From Myxococcota bacterium (GTDB lineage: Bacteria > Myxococcota_A > Polyangia > Nannocystales > Nannocystaceae): a stretch of DNA of 64,000 bases. The translations under genes were made by a program, and so were the position numbers. The notes beneath the pieces were generated by a model that saw nothing but the letters and a program-made list of their open reading frames with translations, had not been told where the DNA came from and searched no databases. How positions within the stretch are numbered: position 1 is the stretch's first letter; each line of letters starts with the position of its first letter. Shown here piece after piece: positions 37,688-50,655 of this stretch. Where the stretch lies: positions 144,849 through 208,848 of the forward strand of contig JBCCHT010000023.1 in the NCBI GenBank assembly GCA_039028615.1, written 5' to 3'.

Positions 37688-38335
37688 ATGGGTCGGGAAG
37701 CGGTTCGAGACTTGGATGACTGGGAGCTGCTCGAACGGTGGCGCAGTGGCGATGGCGCCTCCGGCGAGGCGCTCCTGGGCCGCTACCTACAAGTGCTCAC
37801 CCGCTTCTTCGGCAACAAAGTCAGTAATCCCGACGACGTCGCCGACCTGATCTCCGAGACCATGCTGGCCTGTACGCGCAGCAAGCAGCAGGTGCGGGAC
37901 TCGGCCGTGTTCCGGTCGTTCCTGTTCGCATCGGCCATGAACATGCTTCGCCGGCACTATCGCAAGAAGGCGAAGCGCGATCGGGAGCTCGACGACTTCG
38001 CCAACATCTGCGTCGGAGACTCCGATCACCCCCGCTCGATGACCTCATTGGTCTCGCTGCAGGAGGAGGGGCGCCTGTTGGTCCGAGCCCTGCGGAGACT
38101 GCCACTCGACTACCAGATCGTGCTCGAGCTGAGCTTCATCGAGAGCCTCTCCGGGGCCGAAATCGCCGAGCTACTCGATGTTCCGCAGCCCACCGTGTAC
38201 ACGCGACTTCGGCGCGGCAAAGAGAAGCTGCGCGTGGTGATGGTCGAACTGGCTCAATCGGCCGAGCTCGCCGACTCCACCATGACCAGCCTGCGCACCT
38301 GGGCGGCACGGCTGCGCGACGAGTTCACGCCCTAG
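37688..38335 (+). CDS. ECF sigma factor
   Basis: LLERWRSGD, VADLISETMLAC, EIAELLDVPQPTVYTRLRRGK. Confidence 0.92.
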   Translation: MGREAVRDLDDWELLERWRSGDGASGEALLGRYLQVLTRFFGNKVSNPDDVADLISETMLACTRSKQQVRDSAVFRSFLFASAMNMLRRHYRKKAKRDRELDDFANICVGDSDHPRSMTSLVSLQEEGRLLVRALRRLPLDYQIVLELSFIESLSGAEIAELLDVPQPTVYTRLRRGKEKLRVVMVELAQSAELADSTMTSLRTWAARLRDEFTP

Positions 38336-38626
38336 TTGTGCCACCGAGCGGCTCATCCCGAGAGGCGCACGGCGCCCCCGCCGGGGTCTGAACATTGATA
38401 GAGCGCGGCGAATCGAAGTTCGGCGTTTCTTCCGAGAAAAATACGCGAGCCTGAATGATCTTTGGGCAGCCGGGGCACTTAGAACCTGCATCGACGGTGG
38501 CCCACAACGCGAGGGGTGACGAGGTCCATGGCGGGACCGGGTCGGCTCCACGAACATCGCGACGGGCTCGGACGATCACGCCGGAGGGCAAGGGTGGCGC
38601 TCCATGGTCGAGGATGCGGGGGATTG

Positions 38627-39658
38627 ATGATGGAGATCCGTACTGCCATTCGATTGGGAGCGTTCGCCTTCACGCTGGGCGCCGTATTGGGAGCCTGTGA
38701 CTCGGGCGTCTTCTCCTGCAGCGATCACCAGGACTGCACCGACGGCAGCCGCGTGGGACAGTGCCAGCCCGATGGGTGGTGCAGCTTCTCCGACCCGTCC
38801 TGTCCTTCGCAGCAACGCTACGCCGGCCTGTCGGGGGACGAGGTGGCCGGCCTGTGCGTGCCCGAGATGGGGGAGCTGCCGCCCGAGCCGGAGGTCCCGG
38901 CGGGCGGCACCTGGGGCGGAGACGATGGTGCCGCCGACGACGGTGACGACGACGGGTTCGGGAGCGACGACGGATTCGGGAGCGACGACGGAGTTCTCGA
39001 TGGCGGTGACGGGGATGAGTCCACGGGCACAGGAGGTGCCCCGGAAGACCCCGTCGCCGCCGATTGCCCGGCCGACCCCACGCTCGCCTTGTGCCTGAGC
39101 TTCGATGCGGTCGAGGGCAGCACCGTCTACGACGACACCGATCCCACGCTCGCTGGCGAGCTTCGGGGCGACGCCGAGATCAACGAAGGGCTCATGGGCA
39201 ACCTGCTCAACCTGCCCGGCGCGGACGGCTATGTCACCCTCGACAACGCGCCCGACCCCGACGCTTCGTTCAGCATCGACGTGTGGGTCTGGATCGACGC
39301 GCAGTCTCCCGAGTGGGCGGGGATCATCGACAAGTGGCGCGGCGACGACGGGTACTGGCTCGGCGGCACCGAGGTGCCGGGTGGCCTGACCTTCTGGGTC
39401 GACAACCACCACATCGACGTCGCTCAGGTACCGACCGAGCAGTGGATCCGCATCGTCGCGACGTACGACGACGACGCCGGTCGCATGTCGCTATACGTCG
39501 ACGGTGAGCTCGTCGCCGAGGGTAACCACGACCAGCAGCCGACCCCGAGCGGCCATGCCCTCGAAGTCGGGCGAGCCGTCGACGACCAGAGCTGGTTCGC
39601 CGGCCAGGTCGAGACGGTGCGAGTCTGGAATCGCGTGCTGGACCCCAGCGAGATGTAA
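38627..39658 (+). CDS. Lipoprotein with LamG/concanavalin A-like domain
   Basis: Lipobox LGAC; Cys-rich N-terminus; FSIDVWV, WIRIVATYD, LYVDG, VRVWNRVL. Confidence 0.85.
   Translation: MMEIRTAIRLGAFAFTLGAVLGACDSGVFSCSDHQDCTDGSRVGQCQPDGWCSFSDPSCPSQQRYAGLSGDEVAGLCVPEMGELPPEPEVPAGGTWGGDDGAADDGDDDGFGSDDGFGSDDGVLDGGDGDESTGTGGAPEDPVAADCPADPTLALCLSFDAVEGSTVYDDTDPTLAGELRGDAEINEGLMGNLLNLPGADGYVTLDNAPDPDASFSIDVWVWIDAQSPEWAGIIDKWRGDDGYWLGGTEVPGGLTFWVDNHHIDVAQVPTEQWIRIVATYDDDAGRMSLYVDGELVAEGNHDQQPTPSGHALEVGRAVDDQSWFAGQVETVRVWNRVLDPSEM
38948..38992 (+). repeat. 18-bp coding tandem repeat (DDGFGS x2.5)
   Basis: GACGACGG(G/A)TTCGGGAGC repeated in the acidic linker. Confidence 0.6.
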
Positions 39659-39695
39659 CTGGTCGCCGTCGCTTCTCATACGAGCGTGAGTAGAG

Positions 39696-42600
39696 ATGAG
39701 CACGCCGGATGACATTGAACTAGGCACCTCGGCAGACGCACCAACATTCGGACACCGCCCGCAACCGGGGGCCTGCGATGCGCTGACCCTCACCCCGCGC
39801 TTGGCCGAAGACGGCGATGGCGTCCGCAGCATCGCGATCGAGGAGGTGGAAGCGAGGGCCCGGATGCGCTTGTTCGGCCACACGCCGGAGCCCGCTCCTC
39901 GCATCGGCCGATTCACCGTGCTCGAGCAGATCGGGCACGGCGGCATGGGCTTGGTCTACGCCGCCTACGACGAGCATCTGGATCGCAAGATCGCGGTCAA
40001 GGTCCTGCGGGCCGAGCGAGCGAGCGACGACGAAGAGCAAGAGCGGCTGTGGCGAGAAGCCCAGGCCATGGCTCGCCTCTCGCACCCGAACATCGCCACC
40101 GTGCACGAAGTCGGGCTCAACGACGGCGAGGTGTTCGTCGCCTTGGAGTTCCTCGATGGCCAGTGCCTCAGCACCTGGCTGAAGACCCGCCCCGCCTGGC
40201 CGCAGATCGTCGATGCCTTCGAGCAAGCGGGCCGGGGCCTGCTCGCTGCCCACGACTCTGGCCTCGTTCACCGCGACTTCAAGCCCCACAACGCAGTGCG
40301 GCTCGACGACGGCGTGGTGAAGGTCCTCGACTTCGGTCTCGCGCGCAGCACCTACGAGCGGGTCAACCGCTCCTCGAGCACGCTGTCGGGCCCGCTGTCG
40401 ACGACCAACTCGCTGACCTTGCCCGGCACCGTGGTGGGCACGCCCGCGTACATGCCCCCGGAGCAGCACTTCGGCAAGGACGTGGATGCCCGCGGGGACC
40501 AGTACGCCTTTTGTGCCGCCGTCTGGGAGGGGCTGACCGGCACGCACCCGTTCCGCCAGCCCACCTTCGACGAGTTGCTCGACGCCAAGCTGCTGGGCGC
40601 CCCCACCTGGCCCGACGACGCTCCCCGCGTCCCCCGGAGGATCGTCGACGCCCTGCGACGCGGCCTCGCCCCCGAGCCCGACCGACGCTGGCCCAGCATG
40701 GCGCCGCTGCTCGAGGCGCTCGCCCGTGGCCCCCAGCGTCGTCGCAAGCGCTGGCAAGTCGGTCTCGCCAGCGTGTTCGCGATGGGGGTGGCCGGCATGG
40801 GCGCCACGTCGTGGGTCTGGGCCCAGGCCCAGCGCTGCTCCGGGGCCGCCGAGCACCTGGCCGGGGTCTGGGACGAGACCCGCCGCGCCGAAGTGGAGGC
40901 CGCGATCCTGAGCGTCGACCGGGCCTATGCCACCGACGTCGACCTCCGCACGCAGCGGGAGCTCGACGCCTACGCGCAGCTCTGGCAGCAGAGCCACACC
41001 GAGGCCTGCGAGGCCACCACCCTGCGCGGCGAGCAATCGTCCCAGATGCTCGACCTGCGCATGCAGTGCCTCCAGCGCTCGGCGATGGACCTGCGCGCGG
41101 TGGTCGACACGCTCGCCCTGGCGGACCACGACGTCGTCCGCAAGGCCCACGAGCTCGTGCTCGGCCTCCCCGCGCTGTCGCGATGTGACGACGTGCCTAC
41201 GCTGGCCACCGCCGTCGAGCCTCCGCCATCCGAAGACGCGCCCGCGGTATTGGCCGCACGCCAAGAGCTCGCCCACGCGCAGACCCTGCAGACCTCCGGC
41301 CGCTTCGGCCCCGCCCGAGAGGCGGTGAGCATGGCCGAGCACCTGCTCCACGAGACCACGTACGGACCGGTCCGGACCGAGCTGATGCTCATGAAGGGCC
41401 AGCTGCTCGAGGCCGAGGGCAAGTACGACGACGCCGAGGCGGCCCTCACCGAGGCCATGTCCCTCGCCGCGCAGTGGAAGCAGCACGACGCCATGGCCAC
41501 CGCCGCGGTCGAGCTGATGGAGGTGGTGGGCGTCGACCAGAAGCGCTTCGACGCCGGGCTTCAGCACTGGGCGGTCGCCGAGGGCCTGTCTCGCTCGCAC
41601 CCCTTGCTCGAAGCCGCCGCCCGCAGCTCTCGCGGCTTCGTGCTCGCCGCGCAGGCCCACTACGACGAGGCGGAGGTGGAGTACCGAGCCGCCTTCGAGC
41701 TGCGCGTCAAAGAGCTCGGCCCCGACGACTTCCTCGTCGCCAAGATCCGCAGCCGACTCGCCTTCACCCTCGGGGCGATGGGTCGCTCCGAGGAGGCCGA
41801 AGCCGAGTTTCGTCGCGCCCTGGAGACCCTCGAGCGGGACCTGGGTCCCGAGCACCCCAGCGTCGGCTCGCTCCGCCACAACCTCGCCAACCCCCTGTTG
41901 GCCATGGGTCGGCTCGAGGAAGCACAGCGGGAGTATCGGGCCGCGGTGTCGATCCTCGACCGCGCCTACGGGCCCGTGCACCCGCAGATCGCCAACTCGC
42001 ACGCGGGCATCGCCAACACCCTGTACAAGCAGGGGAAGTACGCCGAGGCGGAGTCCGAGTACCGCATCGTCGTGTCCATGCTCGAGCAGAGCCTCGGCCC
42101 CGACCACCCCAACCTCGCCCGCTTGCGGGGCAACTTCGCCAACATCCTCAAGACGGTCGGCAAGCTCGGCGAGGCCGAAGCGCAGTACCGGGCCGCGCTC
42201 ACCGTGAACGAGCAAGCGATGGGCGCCGACCATCCCGACGTCGCCCTGCTCCGCCTCAACCTCGCCAACTTGCTCTTCGAGCGCGGTGACTCGCGACGAG
42301 CGGAGATCGAGTATCGCGTCGGCCTGGCCAGCATGACCGAGTCGCTCGGGGCCGAGCCCCCCAAGGTCGCGCTGTTGCGCTCCAACTTCGCCGTCATCCT
42401 GCTGCACGGCGACCAGCCTGACGAGGCCGAGGTCGAAGCCCGAGCCGCGCTCGAGATCCGCACCAAGGCCCTGGGCCCCAGCCACCCCGATGTGTCCGTG
42501 TCTCGTCACGCCCTGGCCGATGTGCTCCGCGCCCAAAGCCGCCACGAAGAAGCCGAGACACACTACCGGGACGCGCTCACCGCCCTCGAAGCCGAACTCG

Positions 42601-43088
42601 GCCCCGACCACGCCGACGTCGCCACCCGCCGCAACGGCTTCGCTCTCACCTTGCGTGCGCTCGGAAAGCACGACGAAGCCGAGGCCGAGTACCGCAAGGC
42701 CCTCGCCGCGCTGCGGACCTCCTTGGGCACCGAACACGCGACGGTCGCCAAGCTCCGCAGCAACCTCGCCAACCTGCTGCTGAACACCGACCGAGCCGAG
42801 CGGGCCCTGCCGCTGGCCCAACGAGCCTGGATCCGGCTGAAGGCGGACGGAGTGTCCGACAGCTCCCGGGCCCATGCCGCCTTCGTGCTGGCCCAAGCGC
42901 TGTGGGGCGCAGCCGAGACCCCACGCAACCGCAAGCGCGCCCGCACGCTGGCCGAGGATGCGCTCGGGGCCTATCGCGAGGCGGGCGAGCACTACGCGAC
43001 GGAGCAGGCCGAGGTCCAGCAGTGGCTCGACGAGTTCATCGCCTGCACGGGGCCCGGTCGACGCCCTCGCGAGTGTCGGCGACACTGA
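39696..43088 (+). CDS. Ser/Thr protein kinase with TM segment and TPR repeats
   Basis: IGHGGMG, IAVK, HRDFKPHN, DFG, GTPAYMPPE; about 10 TPRs (LGPDHP). Confidence 0.95.
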   Translation: MSTPDDIELGTSADAPTFGHRPQPGACDALTLTPRLAEDGDGVRSIAIEEVEARARMRLFGHTPEPAPRIGRFTVLEQIGHGGMGLVYAAYDEHLDRKIAVKVLRAERASDDEEQERLWREAQAMARLSHPNIATVHEVGLNDGEVFVALEFLDGQCLSTWLKTRPAWPQIVDAFEQAGRGLLAAHDSGLVHRDFKPHNAVRLDDGVVKVLDFGLARSTYERVNRSSSTLSGPLSTTNSLTLPGTVVGTPAYMPPEQHFGKDVDARGDQYAFCAAVWEGLTGTHPFRQPTFDELLDAKLLGAPTWPDDAPRVPRRIVDALRRGLAPEPDRRWPSMAPLLEALARGPQRRRKRWQVGLASVFAMGVAGMGATSWVWAQAQRCSGAAEHLAGVWDETRRAEVEAAILSVDRAYATDVDLRTQRELDAYAQLWQQSHTEACEATTLRGEQSSQMLDLRMQCLQRSAMDLRAVVDTLALADHDVVRKAHELVLGLPALSRCDDVPTLATAVEPPPSEDAPAVLAARQELAHAQTLQTSGRFGPAREAVSMAEHLLHETTYGPVRTELMLMKGQLLEAEGKYDDAEAALTEAMSLAAQWKQHDAMATAAVELMEVVGVDQKRFDAGLQHWAVAEGLSRSHPLLEAAARSSRGFVLAAQAHYDEAEVEYRAAFELRVKELGPDDFLVAKIRSRLAFTLGAMGRSEEAEAEFRRALETLERDLGPEHPSVGSLRHNLANPLLAMGRLEEAQREYRAAVSILDRAYGPVHPQIANSHAGIANTLYKQGKYAEAESEYRIVVSMLEQSLGPDHPNLARLRGNFANILKTVGKLGEAEAQYRAALTVNEQAMGADHPDVALLRLNLANLLFERGDSRRAEIEYRVGLASMTESLGAEPPKVALLRSNFAVILLHGDQPDEAEVEARAALEIRTKALGPSHPDVSVSRHALADVLRAQSRHEEAETHYRDALTALEAELGPDHADVATRRNGFALTLRALGKHDEAEAEYRKALAALRTSLGTEHATVAKLRSNLANLLLNTDRAERALPLAQRAWIRLKADGVSDSSRAHAAFVLAQALWGAAETPRNRKRARTLAEDALGAYREAGEHYATEQAEVQQWLDEFIACTGPGRRPRECRRH

Positions 43089-43482
43089 CCGAGTCCGAGC
43101 CCCCGTCTCCCACTCCCGAGCATCAGCGCTACGACGCGATGTAGCGGGAGATACAGGCATTTGGCCAGAGGAACGACCACGCACGGGAGGGGCGACCTGC
43201 GCACCTGGCAGAGGGTGCATGGCTACGAGAGTCGCCATATCGATCGCGCCTCGATGCCGCGTTCGCGGCGACGCCGAGCTCCAAACTCGGTTCGATCGCA
43301 GGCGAACATCGAAGCGATCGAGCGAGGTCCGGGCAACGACCATTGCCACTACGCGCACGACTCGAGGTCTTTTTCGATCGCGTTGGACTTCGGGCGGTGA
43401 TCGGCTAGCCAGCGCCCATCGCTTCGCATCGTGTCGCCCCGACGACGGGCGCGAACACGGTCGTGAGAGGACCAACGAAGCC

Positions 43483-45174
43483 ATGAAGATCGAGACCTCG
43501 AAACTCGCCGCCCGCCGCTGGCAGTGGATCGTCGCCGGCACCCTCGCCGCCCCCTTCATGAGCGCCGCCACGGCCCACGCGGACGTCGAGCCCCTGCTCC
43601 AGACCCAGTGGGGCCAAGACGGCGACTGGCAAGCCAGCACCCCGCTCAAGGACGGCGAGCGCACCTTTCCGGGCTGCACCACCATCGCCAGCGCCCAGAT
43701 CCTCTACTACTACCAGTACCAGGCGCAGGCCACGAGCGACGTCTGCTACGGCCTCGACCACGACCCGCTGAGCGGCCCCGACGTCGTCGACGGCGACCTC
43801 CTGTGCATCGACTTCGGCAGCAGCCCCGTCAGCTACGACTTCGGTGCGATGGCCCAGGACGACGCCGAGTCGCGCGCCCGCACCGATGCCGCGGCCGAGT
43901 TCATCTACCACGTGGCCGTCACCCTCAACGCCCAGTTCGGCGGCGGCCAGGGTTCTTCGGCCACCGGTCGCCAGGTGGAGAACGCCTTCCGCTACCAGTG
44001 GGGCTTCAACAACAAGAGCCGCCGCTCGATGTCGATCATCGCCAAGGACGCGTTCGGCTACTCCGACGCCGAGTGGGCAGCATTGATCCGCTCCGAGCTC
44101 GATGCCGGTCGCCCTGTGCTCTACATGGCGCAGCAGGCCGACGCCGATGCCGGCCACGCCTTCGTCATCGACGGCTACCGCGAGTCGGACGGCAAGGTCC
44201 ACGTCAACTTCGGCTGGGGCGGCTACGCCGACGGCTACAAGGATCCCAACGTGCTCGAGGATGCCTCGGGCCGCCAGTGGAACCGCGACGCGATGATCTT
44301 CCGCGGCCTCGAGCCCGAGGACGGCATGGCGGCCCAGATGCTCGCCAGCACGCAGCCGAACGTCTCGTCCGGCTACTCGTGGAACGGCAACATGTCGATG
44401 ATCAGCAAGACCTCGGGCAGCCAGACCGGCTACGGCCTGACCGTCGACGAGTCGGCCATCCACCCCGGCAGCGTCAGCGACCCGGTGGTGTTCTTGCAGT
44501 GGGAGGTCGACACCGCCGACGCCTCGCGCCTTCAGATCTCCGCCGACGGCATGGACACCGCGACCATCCGCTATGGCACCTGGAACGACCGTAGCCAGGA
44601 TCGCGTCTACACCGACGTCAGCCTGCCCTTCGTGCTCGACCCCACCCGGGACGGCATGACCGTGGCCGACGGCGAGTGGTTCGTGGTCTCCGTCGCCTTC
44701 GACGACAAGCCCGCCACCAGCGTCCCCGTGGTCGCCACCGGGACCACCGCGGCCGCCTCCTCGGCCACGAGCGCCCCCGCCTCGGCCCTGACCGTCGACG
44801 GCGGCACCTGGAACGGCAACGGCTCGCTCATCAGCCTCAGCTCGGGCACCGCGACCGGCTACGGCCTCACGCGGGACGAGACGATGATCCACCCCACCAG
44901 CGACAAGGATCCCATCGTGTTCTTCCAGTGGGAGCTCGACCAGCGCGACGGCATGACCGTGGTGCTCGATGCCGAGGGCATGGGCCAGGCGACCCTCACC
45001 TACGGCGCGTGGGGTAGCCGCGACGAAGACGTGACCCGCACCGTGGCCCTGCCCTACACCCTCGATCCCGCCGCCGACGGCAAGAGCACCGCCGATGGCG
45101 AGTACTACGTGATCAAGGTGGCCTTCGACGAGGCGCCCAGCCAAGCGACGGCCGTGACCGCGGTCATCGAGTAG
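43483..45174 (+). CDS. Secreted C10 (streptopain-like) cysteine peptidase with duplicated C-terminal domain
   Basis: Signal ending AHA; PLLQTQWGQ, GCTTIASAQI (Cys), GHAFVIDGY (His), HVNFGWGG. Confidence 0.88.
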   Translation: MKIETSKLAARRWQWIVAGTLAAPFMSAATAHADVEPLLQTQWGQDGDWQASTPLKDGERTFPGCTTIASAQILYYYQYQAQATSDVCYGLDHDPLSGPDVVDGDLLCIDFGSSPVSYDFGAMAQDDAESRARTDAAAEFIYHVAVTLNAQFGGGQGSSATGRQVENAFRYQWGFNNKSRRSMSIIAKDAFGYSDAEWAALIRSELDAGRPVLYMAQQADADAGHAFVIDGYRESDGKVHVNFGWGGYADGYKDPNVLEDASGRQWNRDAMIFRGLEPEDGMAAQMLASTQPNVSSGYSWNGNMSMISKTSGSQTGYGLTVDESAIHPGSVSDPVVFLQWEVDTADASRLQISADGMDTATIRYGTWNDRSQDRVYTDVSLPFVLDPTRDGMTVADGEWFVVSVAFDDKPATSVPVVATGTTAAASSATSAPASALTVDGGTWNGNGSLISLSSGTATGYGLTRDETMIHPTSDKDPIVFFQWELDQRDGMTVVLDAEGMGQATLTYGAWGSRDEDVTRTVALPYTLDPAADGKSTADGEYYVIKVAFDEAPSQATAVTAVIE

Positions 45175-45177
45175 CGC

Positions 45178-48042
<2,865 letters not shown>

Positions 48043-48275
48043 GCGCGCGGCTCCTGATACCGCTTCGGGATCATCGGGGCCACGACCCGACGCGCTCCAT
48101 CCCGGCTGAGCATGCCCAATCGTAGTCCATACCGCGTTGGGGACGAAAACGCGGGTGGGGAGCGCAACGGAGTCCCTGATACGGCCGCATCGGGCGCGGA
48201 CGAGGACGAACGACGAGTGAGCATCGGTCGACCGAACGCGCGTCAGATTCCGCCACGACCCGACGAAGGGTCAGC

Positions 48276-48821
48276 ATGCTCTCGATTCGAGCCCTTGCTG
48301 TCGTGCCGACCTTCCTGCTCTGTACCCTCACGGCCATCGGTTGTGATCCCGTGGACGAGCCCGAACAACCGGTCCAGCACGAAGCGACCCGCCCTGCCTC
48401 ATCCGCGCCCGACCAGTTCGTGGCCGACCCCGACGCCGCCTTCGATGGCCTCGATGCCTGCCTGGCCGGCTGCGCCATCGATCAATCCCATTGCATTCAA
48501 GACGCGCTCGCCGGCTGCGACTACTTCGCCGAGGGTGCTCCCAACCCGCTGATCGAAGACCTGTGCACGTATCAACTGTTCGAGTGCCAACAGGGCTATC
48601 ACGGGTGTGAGGCGGACTGCTTCGACATCTTCGACGTCGGAACCGGCGAAGGAGGCGATGACGCCGGAGACGACGGCCCGGGAGGCGACGATGGCCCGGG
48701 AGGCGACGACGCGGGAGGCGACGACGGCAACCCGCCCAATCCGTGCAGCAGCTGCCCCAACGGCCAGAGCTGCCACTGCGACCCCTTCCAGTGCTGGCCC
48801 AACCATCTGCCCTGCGCGTGA
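48276..48821 (+). CDS. Small Cys-rich lipoprotein
   Basis: Lipobox AIGC; CxxxC motifs; DDGPGG tandem repeat linker. Confidence 0.72.
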   Translation: MLSIRALAVVPTFLLCTLTAIGCDPVDEPEQPVQHEATRPASSAPDQFVADPDAAFDGLDACLAGCAIDQSHCIQDALAGCDYFAEGAPNPLIEDLCTYQLFECQQGYHGCEADCFDIFDVGTGEGGDDAGDDGPGGDDGPGGDDAGGDDGNPPNPCSSCPNGQSCHCDPFQCWPNHLPCA

Positions 48822-48851
48822 CGTGGACGCGCGTGACGTGGCTTCGGCCGC

Positions 48852-49928
48852 TCAGGCGAAGATCGGCACCAGCTGAGCGCGGAGCTGCTTGCGAGCGCGG
48901 GCGATTCGGACCGAGGCATTGGACTCGGTGATCCCCAGTCGTCCCGCGACCTCGCGGTAGCTCAGGCCGGTCAGCAACAGCTCGAGCGCCTCGCGTTGGC
49001 GCTCGGGCAGGTTGGTCAGCGCCTCCCGCAAGGCGGCGCGTCGCTCGGCGTCGTGCAGCTGCTCGACCATCGTCGGGCTCGGGTCGACCGGCTCTTCGAT
49101 GGCCTCGGCCTTGAACTGCCGACGTCCAAACCGCGCGCCGCAGTAGTGGGCGATGCGCTGGACGTAGGTGGACAACGAAGCATCCCCGCGGTGCTTGGGC
49201 AGGGCGAGCCAGACCGCGAGGCGAATATCTTGGCGCAGGTCCTCGCGCCCGTCGTCGTCGTCGGCATAGCGAGCCGCCACGGTGCGAAAGACGGCCTCGT
49301 GCTGCGCCAGCACCTGCACGCGCGACGAAGGCTCGTTCTCTTCGTCGGATTCGGTGTGGCCGGTGCTCCCGGGCGCCGCGGCGGCGACCGGGCGACGATC
49401 GCGGTAGGGCGAGGACGCGGCGGCGGAGAGGCGGGCATCGAGGTCGGCGATGGCCTCGAGGATCCCGTCCACCCGCGCGCCGAGATCACCGTCGGCCATG
49501 ACCAACCCGCGGACCCGCGCGCACGCGTGCTGGACCTCGGGCGCCCGCGCGTCGTCGTCGTCGACCAGCTCGGACGCATGTCGAAGCCAGCGCGAGACCT
49601 CACCGAACAGCTCGATGGTGGGCCCGAAGTCGTCGTCGGTGGAGACGCCCAGCCAGCGCGCGACGAGCCCGGGCCGCTCGCCGTCGTGCCACCGCTTCAG
49701 GCGCGGCCGCGCGTGCACCAGCTCGTCGGCGAGCATGCGGGTGGCGTGTCGAAGCTGCGCCACTCCATCGCTCGGGTCGAAGGCCACGGAGCTCGGCTCG
49801 GGCATCAGCAACCCGCGGGCCTCGAGCCCACGCCCTCGCCTCCACACCCGCATCGGCACCCAGGCGAGCGCCGAGAGCACCCGCGAGGCGAGCACGGCCA
49901 TGATCCCCGCCAACGCGATGCAGCTCAT
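48852..49928 (-). CDS. ECF sigma factor with long N-terminal extension including a hydrophobic segment
   Basis: C-terminal REDLRQDIRLAVW...SYREVAGRLGITESNASVRIARAR; N-terminal IALAGIMAVLASRVLSALAW; start 49928 or GTG 49970. Confidence 0.8.
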   Translation of the reverse strand: MSCIALAGIMAVLASRVLSALAWVPMRVWRRGRGLEARGLLMPEPSSVAFDPSDGVAQLRHATRMLADELVHARPRLKRWHDGERPGLVARWLGVSTDDDFGPTIELFGEVSRWLRHASELVDDDDARAPEVQHACARVRGLVMADGDLGARVDGILEAIADLDARLSAAASSPYRDRRPVAAAAPGSTGHTESDEENEPSSRVQVLAQHEAVFRTVAARYADDDDGREDLRQDIRLAVWLALPKHRGDASLSTYVQRIAHYCGARFGRRQFKAEAIEEPVDPSPTMVEQLHDAERRAALREALTNLPERQREALELLLTGLSYREVAGRLGITESNASVRIARARKQLRAQLVPIFA

Positions 49929-50035
49929 CGCGACGGGATTGAAGGCTTCGGGCAAGGAGAACTCGAGCACCGTACTCGTCACAGTGTCGCACGAGCGCCA
50001 GTCCCTACACCTCGGGGTCGATTTTTCTCGCGCCG

Positions 50036-50530
50036 CTACGGGCCCCGCGCGGCGATCGTGTAGATCCGGCTCAGACGCCATGCCAGCCACGCGCTGAGGC
50101 CGTGGATGAGGTGGTTGAGCCAGGGGTTCTCCCCCGCCACCAAGACCGTGTTGAGCTGGAGAAAGGCGAACTGCTTCTGGAGCTCGATCACCGTGTAGCC
50201 GGCCAGGAACACGCCGATCCACACCCCCGAGACCGCCCAGTCGCGAAACTCCTCTTCCCGTCGCTGGTCGGTGCCCGAGTCGAAGCGACTGCGCAGGTAG
50301 ATGAGCGACAGCCCCGCGGGCACCGACAGCACCTTGAAGCACTGGGCGTTGAGCCACCCCGCCACCGTGCCGTCGCTGGGCGCCCGCACCACGTAGCGCA
50401 GCCACGTGCCCTCCAGCGCCCGCCAGTAGTCAGGGTCGGCTTCATGCAACGTATCGGTCACCAATCGCGCGGCGCCGATGAACACCAGCGCGACGGCGAT
50501 CCCCAGCGACGCGCGCGGACTCAGCCGCAC
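50036..50530 (-). CDS. Hypothetical membrane protein
   Basis: About four hydrophobic segments. Confidence 0.65.
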   Translation of the reverse strand: MRLSPRASLGIAVALVFIGAARLVTDTLHEADPDYWRALEGTWLRYVVRAPSDGTVAGWLNAQCFKVLSVPAGLSLIYLRSRFDSGTDQRREEEFRDWAVSGVWIGVFLAGYTVIELQKQFAFLQLNTVLVAGENPWLNHLIHGLSAWLAWRLSRIYTIAARGP

Positions 50531-50655
50531 CGCGCAACGACCCCCCGGCGCGATCCATCGCGCCGACCGACGAAGATGTCGAGCACATCCTCGACAGTGT
50601 CGGGGCCGCGGACTTTCCTACGTTCGAAATGGTCCGCGGCTGGTTCCGGCGAGCG

